From NCBI GenBank assembly GCA_951406725.2, contig OX597815.1, positions 79,174,001 through 79,238,000 of the forward strand: a DNA stretch of 64,000 bases. Direction: 5' to 3'. Within the stretch, counting starts at the first letter, position 1, and each line of letters opens with the position of its first letter. The translations under genes were made by a program, and so were the position numbers. Source of the DNA: Octopus vulgaris. Lineage: Eukaryota. The notes below the pieces were generated by a model. It was not told the DNA's origin, ran no database searches, and was given only the letters and a program-made list of their open reading frames with translations. Positions 1 through 13,390 of the stretch are shown here, in pieces.

Positions 1-229
1 TCAAAACTGACATTGCAGATATATTATTATTGGTCTGGTAGAATCATTATTGTACTGGATGAAATGCTTAGTGACATGGTTCTATGTTCTGAGTTTTGAA
101 TGAGACTGATTTTATCTTTCCTTCAGATTTTAGCTTTCAATGAGAAAGATTAGAGTTTTGTGAAAAAATGAGAAATTTCATTAAAAATATTTTTGTCCTC
201 CTTTCACCTAAATTTTTCCTTTACAAGTG

Positions 230-510
230 ACCGAGATCTTTGGTGATATACTGTGCTTGAAAAGACCTGTCAAGCCAAGTGAGATCATAGTTGTGGCTGA
301 TGCTGGTGTTGCACAACTGGCACCCATGCTGGTGGTGTGTAAAAAAACACCCACTACACTCTTGGAGTGGTTGGTGTTAGAAAGGGCATCCAGCTATAGA
401 AACTGTGCTAAATCAGAGTGGAACCTGATGTAGCTCCCCAGTTTACAAGTTTTCAGTCAAACCATCCAACCCATGCCATCATTGGAAAACGAACATTAAA
501 TGATGATTAT
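230..510 (+). mobile_element. Degenerate 3' end of the RTE-type LINE family
   Basis: ccactacact...aagggcatccagct...ccaacccatgc...ttaaatgatgat tail shared with 28560-28738. Confidence 0.75.
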
Positions 511-519
511 GATAAACCT

Positions 520-1490
520 GTTAATGAATGTTGGCAATACAGTAACTTTCCCCAACACTTCAATGATGTACAGATAGCGACCATCTCCAAGAAGAAGGGT
601 GATAGACAAGTGTGAGAAAATTATCAATAAATTTCCTTTCTAGCAAAAATATTTCAGCAAATTCTTTTCAAAAGCAAGTGTCTAGCATTATCGACAATAT
701 GATTTTCACCTTGCAATGGAACATCATGTCTCACTTTTCCTTGTATTTATTGACTTTTACAAAGGTTTTCAATACTGGTAGAAGAGAGGACTCTGCTCAA
801 AATATATGTCTGGACAAATAGGTGGAGATAGTCAAGCAGTTATGCAGTGGTGTGACTGCCCTCATCTCTCTTAGGAACAGCTCACTTGTCCATCCCAGTC
901 GCCCACAGAGTAAAGTAGGGCTGTATATTTCTGGATGCTGTATTTGAAAATATAGCAACTTCCCAGATGGAGTGGTAGGCTATGGAACCTATCTAATCTA
1001 AGATCAACGAGTATTGTGATATGTGAAATTTGTGGACTGTTCTTTGCTGGGGATTCACTTCAAATAGATCATCCCTTGAAAGTGTCAGAAAATTACACAA
1101 AATTTTGAATATCTTTCAGTTAATCAATGATTGTAACAAGAAAACCACCCCCAAGAAAACTGAAGTTTCATGTTCTCATACTTCTAACCTTCATAGTCAT
1201 GAACCAGCATCTGAATCTTGTGAAGAAGTATACACCTACATCTTGCTCTCTTCACCTGATGAAGAAAGTAATGTGATTTCTGATAACAGCAGCTGTTTTT
1301 TCTTACTTTCTTTTTTTTTTTGCAATTTATTTGAAAAACTTCTGCTAAACCACCCAAAAGAAAATGAATGTAAAGTTTCTGGATTGATGAAATCCACAGA
1401 ACTCAAAGAAATGAATTTTAGTAGCACAGGCTGTGCTTGAGAGTTGTCTATTCTTCTGTACTCTTTGGAGATTTGGACCCTATAAATCAA
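520..1490 (+). mobile_element. Highly degenerate RTE/BovB-like reverse transcriptase remnant
   Basis: Residual motifs IATISKKKGDRQVCENY, INPKKTEV-like and SILLYSLEIWT across frames. Confidence 0.55.
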
Positions 1491-1650
1491 CATCCTTAAC
1501 TCAATTTTTGTAACATAAAATATATATATGTTTGTATATTTTGTACTGTTCCTCACAAGGTGAATGAAATTTATTAGACAATTTCTTCATTTTCTTCTTT
1601 TAAAAAGGTAATGTCATAAAATGCTTGAATAATATATTGCTTCTCTGTAG

Positions 1651-1748
1651 ATTGCAGCTTTGCCAAAAATAAGCTGGAATCGAATCATCTAGTTACAAAA
1701 ATGAATAAGTGGATCTCACAACAAGATGGAGGAATGAGAAGAGAACTT
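1651..1748 (+). CDS. Candidate internal exon of a convergent plus-strand gene (CSFAKNKLESNHLVTKMNKWISQQDGGMRREL)
   Basis: tattgcttctctgtAG acceptor, open frame, GTATGT donor; non-repetitive sequence; protein not recognised. Confidence 0.45.
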
Positions 1749-1789
1749 GTATGTTTTCAATTCGTAATCCATTTTATTGTTAAAAGTTT

Positions 1790-2712
1790 ATAATAATAAT
1801 AATAATTGTGTACAGTGCTCAGGTGCACTACAACTCATCTAAAGTGTATATATAATCAGGTGTAGTTTCGGCGGATTTCGGAAAGCATGAGGGCCTTAAA
1901 GGATGCAGTGTCATGGCAGTCAACAACTGACGCAGGCAGTTTATTCCATGCTTCAGCAACTCAGCGTGAAAAAATGTTTCCGAAAGTCATGGGAGCTGTG
2001 TTGTTTTCTGACTTTGTAGGCATGTCCACGTGTGTTAGACACATGGAGATCAAAAAGGTGTTCAGTGTTGTTGTTGGTGAGGTGGTTGATAACCTTGTGG
2101 GTGTTTACCAAGTCCATCGCCAGACGCCGGAGCTTCAGTGAATCCATGCCCAGGGAAACAAGGCGCTCAGAATATGGTAGGTGTCTGATGGAGGGTATGC
2201 GTTTGGTTGCACGTCTCTGGACAGATTCCAGGAGGTCAATGTTCTGAGCAAGATAGGGATTCCAAACTGATGATGCGAATTCCAAGTGCGGTCGTACCAT
2301 AGCTGTATACAGTTTTAAATAGATGGCTGGAGAGCAGCTAACAAAAGTCTTGCTGAGTGATGCCAAGACACCCTCGGCCTTCTTGACAATTTTAGAGATA
2401 TGCTTTGTCCAACGCAAATCACTGCTGACAGTGATGCCTAGGTCTCGCTCGCAAGAGGATTTCTTGATATCAGTGTTGTGGAGGGAGTATGTGGACGCAG
2501 GGTTTTTTCTCCCAAAATGCATGGTGGTTCACTTGTCCACAGCCAGTTTCAGTTGCCAGTCTGTGATCCATTGCTGCATTGTGTCTAGGTCTGATTGCAG
2601 GAAAGAGTTGTAGACATCAGGATCAGTCCTCTTGATTTCAAGGTACAGGTTGATGTCGTCTGCATATTTCAATACTGTGGCATTCTTTAAATTGGCATCT
2701 ATGTCATTATGA
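1790..2712 (-). mobile_element. 5'-truncated CR1-clade LINE (RT C-terminus plus (ATT)n tail)
   Basis: KYADDINLY, LQSDLD, WQLKLAVDK, DLGITVSSDLRW, LYTAMVRPHLEFASSVWNPY, LESVQRRATK; (TAA)n at 1790-1806. Confidence 0.9.
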
Positions 2713-4207
2713 ACTGTTTGTATGGAATGCAACAGTTCCAAGAAAAGAAAAAGTAATATCAGTTCTCTTCATAGCAGTAGAAGGTCTTAAGAAAGAAAAA
2801 AAACAAGAATATGGCTGTGCTAGCGTCAATGCAGATGGTTCTTTTTACAACACAGCATTTTGACATTCATAACTGTGGAAACTTTGCCAAATGTAAGAAT
2901 TTACCAGCTATTACACTCTATAGCTTACAACACTAAACCCCTGACATTCACGCTGCTGCCTGTGAAGCTCTGTCATTTCAGAACTAGTTTCCTTTATATG
3001 CTTCACAGCAAATCTAACTGGACAGATCCATGGTGATATCATCCTTCAAACAACCAGCAGTTGTTTACATATAATATCATTGACTAGATTTTTGCTGATG
3101 TCACTACTCAATTTATAAAAACTCCAGTTGTGATATAAGAGTTTTCTAAGTGAATTGAATTAGACATGTAATCTAGTCACGTATCTCACATAACAAAAAA
3201 TGGAAAGAATACAACAGGGTGCTGAAATAAATCTGCAGAAACTAAATATAATCGTTATTGATGTTGAACATCTGTCTAAAGATTGACAAATGTAGAATGA
3301 AATTATTCAATAGATACTCTAGACAAAAAGTGTATCCAGGGGTAAACCCTAAGATCACTTCCTGTTTTAATTAAAAAATGCTAATCTAATTAGAAACTTT
3401 GTATTGTGTTCCTAGTCAATCTACATAACTGTGCTAACCTCAGACTGCTTGGCTGAAAGATTTTATTCCCACTTCATTGATCATAGGATGAACATGATTC
3501 TTTGAAGTTACTTGTTCTGACAATTTGCAAAACCAATAACACAAGATAGAGAAAAAGTAATATAAAATAATTAAAAGGACAAATGACAAACATTTATATC
3601 TTTATTTTAGAAAAATAACAAAACAGAATTTTATTCAAAGAATGACAAATAGGAAGTTGTGATGATCATATCATTCCTCAATGACATTAGCAGAATAGGT
3701 AACTGAAAATAGAAACAGTTGCAGACTGAGACATGCCAGGAAGTCACCATAACATATTTTCAGCACTTCTATTTTCAAAATGTAATATAGGCTTCTAATA
3801 AAGCAGCTTATTGTTATTCAGAGCAGTGGAATGGAAGAAATAGTAGAGTGCTAGACTAAAGGCTTTATTTTAATTTTTCTCTTACCTCAGTGTTCTGAGT
3901 TCAATACCTGTCAAAGTTTACTTTTTCTTTCATTCCTTTGGTTTCAAATACACAAATATATATATATATATATACACACATACTCCAAACAAAAAAAATT
4001 AATGGTTTTGTGTCAATCTATAGAATTTTAATTAAAATGGTTTTGATGGTCAAAAAATGTAAATTAAAGAATATCTAAGATGAAATAGGAACAGTCAGTC
4101 AAATTGTTAAACGTCTATCAGAAAGAATTCCTAGGTTATATTTTGGATTTTATGGCAGTCTGACTGACATTTTAATTTTATTAAGGATTATCAATTATAT
4201 GTATCAG

Positions 4208-4240
4208 GTGATGAAAATACTAGACTTTTTACTCAGTTAA
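4208..4240 (+). CDS. Possible terminal exon of the same plus-strand gene (VMKILDFLLS*)
   Basis: gtatcAG|GTG ATG AAA ATA CTA GAC TTT TTA CTC AGT TAA; phase-compatible with the 1748 donor; weak pyrimidine tract. Confidence 0.25.
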   Translation: MMKILDFLLS

Positions 4241-4374
4241 AAAATCACAAATTTATAAATGATGGCAGTGAGAAATGAGTGACATTCATATTCAGCTGGA
4301 GAACATTAGCAGTATATGAAACAAAGGCAAATATACTGCATTTCTAAAAGACATCAGAGATGTTTTTAAAGTGA

Positions 4375-5000
4375 AATAAGTGTTCCCTCGGTTGTTGTTC
4401 GTTGAGACGACATGATAACCTGTTCAGAATTATCTTTGTGAACAGCTTATAGACGTGAGACAGCAGGCATATGGGTCGGTAGTTCTTTAGATCTTCTCTG
4501 TCGCCCTTCTTATACAGCAGGATGGTATTTGACTCTTTCCACTGCGAGGGAATTCTTCCCTCGTCTAGATAGTGCGTAGATCGTTCAGCGAGGATTTTCC
4601 AGAGCTGCTCTCTACCTGACTTTAGCACCTCCGATGTTATACCATCTTTCCCTGGCGCCTTTCCGTTTTTCATCGAGCCGATGGCTCTTTCAACCTCACT
4701 GACAAGGATAGGTGGTACGTTTTCTTCCTATTGGAGTGGTGGTAACGGCTGGACATTTCTGGTAGACTTAAAGAGCTTGGTGTAGAAGTCTTCGCAAACT
4801 TTTTCCATCTCGCTCTTCTCGTTGACCAGTATTCTATCTGTATTCTTCAGGGCCGTCACCTCCGATCTATATAGTACCATGTCCCTCTTGCATTTCTTGA
4901 GGCTCTTCTTTTCCTCTGCAGCATTCAAGAACTTCTCCATCCGGTATGCCTCAAAGTCTTTCTTTAGTTGCTGACGAGTCACTCTGCTGAGAATGGAATA
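4375..5000 (-). mobile_element. RTE-1-type LINE RT N-terminal fragment
   Basis: MKNGKAPGKDGITSEVLK, WKESNTILLYKKGDREDLKNYRPICLLSHVYKLFTKII; internal stop. Confidence 0.88.
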
Positions 5001-6835
5001 TATATCAAGAGGTAATATTTATCCCCACTTAAACATGGACGTTCTGTTTTGACCACTACAGATAGCGGTGATTCATTTTCCCATCAGTACCAAAACAAGT
5101 GCTGGTGTCACAATTAGCAAGTAAGCTTGTAATATATATATATACACATATACAACATGAAATACGGCAACATATGAGTTCAATACGCAAACGAGAGAAA
5201 CAAATGGAAAACAAGACAAGTAACACAAAGAACGACCCTTCATCAGTCGTTGGATATGCATAAGTATATATATATGTGCATATATATATATTATTTATAT
5301 TATTATTTGATTGAACACCACACATCCATTTCCAAATAAGTTTATCCTAATCTCCCCCCGCTCTCTATATATAAATTTGGTTAATGAGACACAGATGGAA
5401 GATATGAGAATTTTTATTAATCACTACAGCTGAGTGGACTGGAGTAACATGAAATGAAATGTTTTGCTCAAGATTGTAATGGACTTCTGATCTAGGAATC
5501 AAAACCAGGATCAAAACCCTAACCACTAAGCTATGTAACTTAACACACACAGCTAAGTGAAACAGTAGAATCCAAGGAATCTAGTGATAGTCAGTTTGTA
5601 TTGGCAAATAGGGAATACAAAAAGTTTACAAAGGAGAATAAGTTAGGTTGCTGTAAGGGCAAGGAGAAGCCTAATGTTTTGAGCAGGAATTTTTGCTAGA
5701 GAAAGACTATATGCTGACCTGTATCAAGCTTCATTACCTAATAGGCAATTTAGTTATGACCAAGCCATTTTTATTGTACAACATGCTGCCTTGAGATTTA
5801 AGACTGATGCAATTGCCCTCATAATAGTAAACTCATTTCAAGTGACAAGATATCACCGATGAAATGCAAAATCATGTAACCTGCTACATTATCTTTGATA
5901 AAGCATAAATACACACAGCACTTCATAGAGATAAGTTTATCAAGTAATTATTATGCAGCTGGTTAAAGTGAAAATGGCTTAGATCCCTTCACTGGCTCTA
6001 AATTGTGTTCAGAGTCAAGATCTTATTTTACATTAATTCTACCTAGTTGTTAATAGGGTCCAATCCCAAGTCACAAGTAGCAGGAATACTACAATATTAG
6101 AAAGTATTAGCTTGAAGTTTCATTACCTATTAGATTACTTTAGACAAACCTCTCCTTAGAGAGCATCTTATCAACAAAATCTCTGTTCTGGCACTGTTAA
6201 TGTAGAGGACAACATAATAACAATAACAATTCTCAGTTTGTATGTAAACAAGAAAATACTATGATATTCAGGTAATCATCAACCAGTAACTTTATTATAA
6301 AAATATAAAAAAATTGAATTTCTCATTTTGATTTCTTCAAAATGTCAGTATATAAACCAATAAAAAAAATAACAGCAAAAAGAAATTTAAAAAAAGGCAA
6401 AATCACAAGTCTTCCATATTATAACTTGATTAAACACTTAAAGATGAGTTTTCCATATATGAAACCTCAAATTTATAGAAAGGTAATGAGAAGTTGTGAT
6501 GTTTGTGTTTCTCAAGGATATAATAACATTAATGAAAGTAAGTGGTTGTAACTCAAGAATCGAATTTTGTTTGGAACTAATTTTTTTATGAGAATCAAGC
6601 ACTGTAGCTGTAACATTCATAACTAAAATGAAGATGATCTTATTTTAAAAATATAATGACCAAGATATCATTTACAAAATGATAATTAATGGAAACTATC
6701 ACATTCTTTATTATTTGTTTTAGATGTTCCTGTTTCAATAATATATTGCAGAATTAAGAGATAAATATTTATGAAAAAATGTAAAATAAGATACACACAC
6801 ACACATATATATATATGTATATATATATGTATATA

Positions 6836-6880
<45 letters not shown>

Positions 6881-7060
6881 TCAGATAAGACAGATGAGTA
6901 ATAAAAAACAAAGGGACAGAGGCAGAGAACAAGAGAGAGACAAAGCGAATGAAAAGGATGTACAATGAAAAAGAATGGAGAATGAAAGGGTGTTATAAAA
7001 AAAGAAAAAGTGATAGAGCAAGGGAAATCAGGGAAAATTTTAATAGTTGGTGACTAGCTT

Positions 7061-7066
7061 TTTATT
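7061..7066 (-). promoter_or_regulatory. Candidate polyadenylation signal of the host gene
   Basis: AATAAA on the minus strand about 150 nt downstream of the stop codon; other candidates exist further downstream. Confidence 0.3.
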
Positions 7067-7212
7067 TTTGCTGTTGCCTCCCTCTTCAGTTTGACATAGC
7101 AGTCAGTTATGTAAAAGTATAAAAAAAAAAAAAAGAAAAGAGAAGGACCAGTCCTTCATGTAAAAGTTGTAGTTATGAGGATTCTTGTAGATTTTCTCAT
7201 CACTGGGACATA

Positions 7213-7239
7213 TCACCTCAATATATGGTTTATGTGACC
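7213..7239 (-). CDS. C10orf143: Host gene last coding exon (GHINHILR*)
   Basis: Long pyrimidine tract then cttgcAG|GGT CAC ATA AAC CAT ATA TTG AGG TGA. Completes CIMCAAGDSGHINHI; compare human C10orf143 CPRCIAGESGHFSH (recalled). Confidence 0.85.
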   Translation of the reverse strand, partial: GHINHILR

Positions 7240-8867
7240 CTGCAAGCCAAGAGAAAAAAAAGTGAAAAGAAAAACAATAATTTGAATCTGTGTATATCAA
7301 GCAGAAAGTTAATAAACTGATGTAAATTTCAGTTGTCAACATCGTCATTAATGTCAATTCACAAGAGAAAGTAATTATTTAACAAGTCAATGCACCATTC
7401 ACATTACGTTAATAGCAACACTGTTGTCTCCCCTGCATATAATGGCCGAAGCCTTTTAAAACCCGGTCATTTTCTCAGTTCCCTTGTCCACCTTTCCCTT
7501 ACTTGTTAATGTTGCATTTCGTTGAACCACATCACAATTCATTCCTCTCAAAATCCATCAGCATTCCACATTCAATGCCCATATCTCTTTATCAATACTT
7601 AACTGAAACACAGCAGATGTTATCTTGCACAGGTAGTAGTAGATGTTCATCAATACCAAACTTAATTATATAAGCATGAGGTCTAAAATTTGTAAAGAAA
7701 ATATAGGCCAAATGAATTTACTCTTGCTTGACTAGTACCTACATCCTCAAGACTAAAGAATTAAAAGCAAAGTTGAATCAAGCACGATTTAATCTCAGAA
7801 TGAAGAGATGAGTTAGAATATTCAAAAATATTTAGCCCAGCATGCCACCAGTTCTACTAGTCTTCTGCTGTTTTAGCTCACATTAATAGCATAAATTCCA
7901 GCACAGCTTTGACAAAAATCTTCAGTGGGATTTGAAATCAGAATGTAAAGAGTTGTAGCTACATGACAATGTGCCCGATGCTCTAATGACTCTGGCAGTC
8001 CATCATCATCACTGTGTATATAATAAACACAGGAAAATATGTTTTAAAGAGTAGTGGATTACAGGCAAATAACTTTTTTCTGTTGCTTAGTCACAGAAGG
8101 GAAGTGCCCATGAAACTTCTCACTGCTCTTGAGATTGGTTGAAAGAAGAAAGGACTGAAGTCTTGGCCCAATTCTTACAACAGTATGACTCTGATAAAGG
8201 TGCCAAAAGGTCCAGATTTTGGTGGTGTGAACATAAATCTATCACTGAAGAACAGAAGTAGTCCAGTAGTCCAGAACAGAACCAGTCACTGGTTCACTGC
8301 ATGCATGGCAGTGAGAGTAATAAAGGTGTGCCAGTGCAACACGGACAGAGCATATACCATAAGGTATCTTTGTTCAAAAGCTCTGAATTTATCAATTTTC
8401 TCACTAATATATATATGAGTGTTTCTACATGATTTCCACTGGCCATGAAAAATTTGTCGAGTAAAGCAATGGTAAAGGAGACTTTCCTAAAGTTCCATAC
8501 ATTGGGATAGAACTTCATAATTACATAGCCCTATCTGTGCTATATTTTAAAAATCTTCATTAGTTTACATACAAATCGATAAAGTTGAGATAGTTGAGGG
8601 AGACAACTCCGATTAAAATAGTCATGTTTAGAGTTGTCTTTTATTACAAAAGACCTCACCACTACCACATCTCTTTCTTTTTAAAAAATGTCGGCAATAA
8701 CAGTTTTTCATATCCTCCGTAGCTTTAAAGCAGCACGTACCAAATTTTTCCTGATACACTAGTATTCCATCCACGAGGATGCCAGTGTATCGCTTGCAGT
8801 GGTTTAAAAATCTGTTTATATCCTTCCTACTTTAGAGGGGAAATTTTCACCAGATGAAATCATCATC

Positions 8868-9180
8868 ATCATCATTTAACGTCTGCCTTCCATGCTAGCA
8901 TGGATTGGGCTGTTTTTCAGGAGCTGGCCATGTAAAAGATTATTCCAGGCTACTGTGACTGTTTTGGCAAGGCTTTTTACGACTGGATGACCCTTCCTAA
9001 TACCAACCACCCCACAGAGTGGACAGTGCTTTTTACATGGCACCAGCACAGGTGAGGTCAGTTTTGGCATGGTTTTTACAGCTGGATGCCCTTCCAAAAT
9101 GCCAACCACTTCACAGTGCGAACTGGATGGTTTTTACATGGTACCAGCACAGGTGAGGTCAGTCTTGGCAAGGTTTTTAC
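8868..9180 (-). mobile_element. RTE 3'-tail fragment with an internal duplication
   Basis: (CAT)n, tttaacgtctgccttccatgctagcatgg; ggatgcccttcc unit present twice. Confidence 0.7.
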
Positions 9181-9199
9181 ATATATATATATGTTCTAT

Positions 9200-9565
9200 C
9201 TCTTACTTGTTTCAGTCACTGAACTGTACTCAGGCTGGGGCATTGACTCGAAGGGTTTTTAGTTGAAAAAATCGACCTTAGTACTTCTTTTTAAAGCCTT
9301 GTATTTTATTGGTCTCTTGCCAAACTGCTAAATTATGAGGTTGTAAACAAACCGACACTGGTGGTCAAGCAGCAGTATGGAAAACACACATACACATGCA
9401 ACAGGATTCTTTAAGTTTCCATCGGTCAAATCCACTCACAAGGCTTTGGTTGACCTGGGGCTATAGTAGAAGACATTTGCCTAAGGTACTATGCAGTGGG
9501 ACACTGAACCCAGGACCATGTGTTTGGGAAGCAAACATCATACCACACAGCAACGCCTGTGCCTA
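9200..9565 (-). mobile_element. tRNA-derived SINE family A, degenerate
   Basis: Head and tail homologous to 11228-11826 and 13193-13355. Confidence 0.75.
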
Positions 9566-9660
9566 TATGAAGAAAATTATTTCAGACCTCCGAAAAACAC
9601 CCCCAAAAACTGAAAATGAAGCTAAATGAAGCTATAATCCATAATCAATATAATACTTAC

Positions 9661-9810
9661 AGAGTCTCCTGCAGCACACATGATGCATGACCGAGGCTGA
9701 GAGTATATGACAGGGCATGAATATGGGGCAGATGAAACATCCATATTGTCATCACTGGGTTCTGATTGCGATGGGAGAGTTGACGATTCAAAGGAGATGT
9801 TTGTATTAAA
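9661..9810 (-). CDS. C10orf143: Host gene coding exon 3 (FNTNISFESSTLPSQSEPSDDNMDVSSAPYSCPVIYSQPRSCIMCAAGDS)
   Basis: Acceptor tctttctttatttgtAG; 150 nt; donor GTAAGT. Ends in CIMCAAGDS, the first half of the C10orf143-type CxxCxAGxSGH motif. Confidence 0.85.
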
Positions 9811-10049
9811 CTACAAATAAAGAAAGACAAATAATTACATTATTGGACAATAACGGAATCGAGTGACTATTAAACTAATTTCCTCCTATTCTACCAGAGT
9901 GAAATAATAGTGTATTTTAACTTGGCACAAAATGAGGTTATTTTATAGAGGAGAGAGAAACAGGAAGCTACAGCATTTATATCTTTTCCGTAGATATTAA
10001 CCTTTCCATAACTGTAATTCCAATAAAATACACAAGTGTTTTAATTGAC

Positions 10050-10492
10050 ATTGATTTCAAATTTTGGCACAAGGCCAGCAATTTTAGGAGAGGTGGATTA
10101 AGTTGATTACATTGGCTCCAGTATTCAACTGATAAGGCGCTGAGCCGGCAGAAAAGTGAGCGCGCTGGGCGAAATCCTTAGCGGTATTTCGTCTGCCGTT
10201 ATGTTCTGAGTTCAAATTCCGCCGAGGTTGATAAATTAAGTACCAGTTACGTACTGGGGTCGATATAATCGACTTAATCCGTTTGTCTGTCCTTGTTTGT
10301 CCTCTCTGTGTTCAGCCCCTTGTGGGTAATAAAGAAATAAGTATTCAACTGATACTTATTTTTATCGACTCCGAAAGGATGAAAGAGAAAATCGACCTCA
10401 GCGGAATTTGAACTCAGAATATGAAGATGGACAAAATGCTTAGCGGCATTTTGTCCAGGCCAGCATGCTAATGATTCTGCCAGCTCATTGCC
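10050..10492. mobile_element. SINE family C (+, 10135-10339) nested inside an older family C copy (-)
   Basis: 15-bp TSD AGTATTCAACTGATA at 10120-10134 and 10340-10354; both copies carry gttctgagttcaaattccgc. Confidence 0.85.
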
Positions 10493-11227
10493 GTGTGTGT
10501 TTTAATTAATATTGAAACTAATAAAGAATGTAACTTCAATCATTAAAGCTGGTGCTTTTAAACTTAAGTACCTTAGCAAAAGTTACTTATAAAACATTAA
10601 TAGACTCAATTCAGTTTTTGTGCCTATCTTCATGGTCATGAATGATGGGTAATGAGCAAAAAAATACAAATGTGAATATAAGAGGCCAAAATGGGGTTTT
10701 CCTGAAGGATCTCAGAGGTAACAATAATTAACAGGGTGCATAGCTCATAGATTAGCGAGTCTCACTCCAAGTTGAGACACTACTTTTGTGCATTGAGAGG
10801 TTGTAACTCCATTATTGTGGACATGTGATTAGAATGTTACAGAAAAAATTATGAAACAGATTCTTCTATGCAAGCCAACCAGCAAGAGACGTAGGGGTAG
10901 ACCAAGAACATGAGGGTTGGATAAAATCCATAGTTTGAATTGGTTACATTTGGGAATGCAGCTGTAAAGTTTAATGACAGTTGCTCCTGACAGGAACTCT
11001 ATGAAAGAGGTGCTTCAGGACTCTACACCAGCAAACTGCCCAGGAATACTGGACAGAAATGGATGGATGGAGATTTAAGATAAACATGAATATTCTAAAA
11101 AAGAAGTGGTCTTGAGCAAGATGGTATCATATGGGTTAAGACATTCAAGTATTTACCTCTTAACAGTATTTGCCACCACTTCATAAAATTTATTATTTGT
11201 TGAGGTGTTAATTAATTTAGACTACTC

Positions 11228-11826
11228 TCTCTTTACTCTTTTACTTGTTTCAGTCATGTGACTGTGGCCATGCTGGAGCACCGCCTTTAGTCAAGCAAAT
11301 CAACCCCAGGACTTATTCTTTGTAAGCCTAGTACTTGTTCTATCGGTCTCTTTTGCCGAACCACTAAGTTACAGGGATGTAACCACACCAGCATCAGTTG
11401 TCAAGTGATGTTGGGGAGACAAACACACACACACACACATATATATAGTTAGATGCCATGATAGATCTTTAGCTATTAGACATTTTTTTCTCTCCTTGTT
11501 TTTTTCTGTGTATCTTTCTGTAGAAGAGCGTAGGCTCGAAATGTAAAAGACTTTTTCTATTCCTGAGCGCTATGCTAATACATCTGTTTGTTTGTACACC
11601 ACCTGCCTTCGTCTTTTGTTTATTTTCATAAACTTTCCCTTTATATATATATATACATATATACGACAGGCTTCTTTCAGTTTCTGTCTACCAAAATCCA
11701 CTCACAAGGCTTTGGTTGACCCAAGGCTATAGTAGAAGACACTTACCCAAGGTGCCATGCAGTGGGACTGAACCTGGAACCATGTAGTTGGTAAACAAGC
11801 TTACCACACAGTCACTCCTACGCCTA
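11228..11826 (-). mobile_element. SINE family A with a second repeat inserted in its central microsatellite (11450-11640)
   Basis: tRNA-like head with box A/B (tggctgtgtggtaag...ggttcagtccc consensus); (AAAAGAGT)n-type tail. Confidence 0.85.
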
Positions 11827-12349
11827 TATATTATTGGTGTGTAATTCCTTGATTTCAGAACAATGAAACGTCAATAACACAACTTTGTGATACTTTTTAA
11901 AATTTCAATGTAATTTTGTTTAATTTTCATACATCTAAGATATCTAATTTAGTTTGAATTGGTTTTGAAGTAACTGAATATGATCTTGCAACTGGTTTTC
12001 AATCAACTTATTCTTATGTCAGAAGCTTGGTGTTGATGTAACACTATACCAGGGAGTTTGATAGTAATAGTGTTGAGTATTTGAACATGTGAATACCAGT
12101 TACAAGAGAGCATCTCTCTTCACTAACCCACCAACTGAGCAAATGAGGGAGCCTCTAGGCCAGAGACAGTGATTCCCTTTATATCTGAAGGCACACTGAG
12201 TTAAGCATAAACTAATAGGATTGCAATCAAACAAACTATGGAAAAAAGTAATTGTACTTATTAAGGAGATAAATAAACATGTAACCTTGTTCTTAAATTG
12301 TCACAAAAATATCTTGAAAATCATTTAAAAATAATTCAAATCAACAAGA

Positions 12350-12497
12350 TTAGGAAGGGCATCCAGCTGTAGAAACTCTGCCAAATCAAGATTGGAGCCT
12401 GGTGCAGTCGTCTGGTTCGCCAGCCCTCAGTCAAAAATCGTCCAACCCATGCTAGCATGGAAAGCTGACATTAAACGATGATGATGATGATGATGAT
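12350..12497 (+). mobile_element. RTE 3'-terminal fragment with (GAT)n tail
   Basis: ggaagggcatccagctgtagaaac...catgctagcatggaaag...ttaaacgatgatgatg. Confidence 0.85.
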
Positions 12498-13050
12498 TAG
12501 TCATGACATTTAAGAGGTTGAAACTGAAAATTTGGAGTTAATAGACCAGCACTGAATCCCTATCCTACAGTGCCTTTTCAGTAAATAACAATTACGACCG
12601 TCAGAAGCCAAAGGATAGAATATGATATTGTTTGTCCCACATTCCTGTTTACCATTTTGAAACTGAAAGTATTAGCATGACCTCCATTATGACCTTTTAT
12701 AAGGATGAGCTTGTTGACAAAGTAGTGTTAGTCACAATTTTCTTACATAACATCATGTTAAGGAGTGTAATGTTTGGTATAAATTCTATGACTAAAGTTG
12801 CAGCATGTTTTTACTCTTCTCTCATTAGAATACTGTTTATATTTACCCAGTACATTTTGACACAAAAACGAACAACAACGCAGAAGCTCAACTTATTTGA
12901 CACTTCTATAGCTCCAATTGCTTCTGTGTGTTGAAGAATTTAGAATTTGAAAGACACAAAGATAGATGAACAATTCTTGCTACAAAGGAATACATGCATA
13001 AATAACTATCTACACACACACAAAAGATGCATACCTACCTATCTATCTAT

Positions 13051-13149
<99 letters not shown>

Positions 13150-13192
13150 TGTATAGATATGTTGATACAAACATACATATATAATATATATA

Positions 13193-13353
13193 TGCGCAGG
13201 AGTGGCTGTGTGGTAAGTAGCTTGCTTACCAACCACATGGTTCCGGGTTCAGTCCCACTGCATGGCACCTTGGGTAAGTGTCTTCTACTATAGTCTCGGG
13301 CCAACCACAGCCTTGTGAGTGGATTTGGTAGATGGAAACTGAAAGAAGCCCGT

Positions 13354-13355
<2 letters not shown>
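13193..13355 (+). mobile_element. SINE family A head within (TA)n
   Basis: gcgcaggagtggctgtgtggtaagtagc...ccgggttcagtcccactg; Pol III box A/B-like motifs. Confidence 0.85.

Positions 13356-13390
<35 letters not shown>

Noticed and set aside
1030-1556. Host-gene ORFs (136 and 106 aa)
   Set aside because: They overlap a decayed RTE RT and have no splice or homology support.
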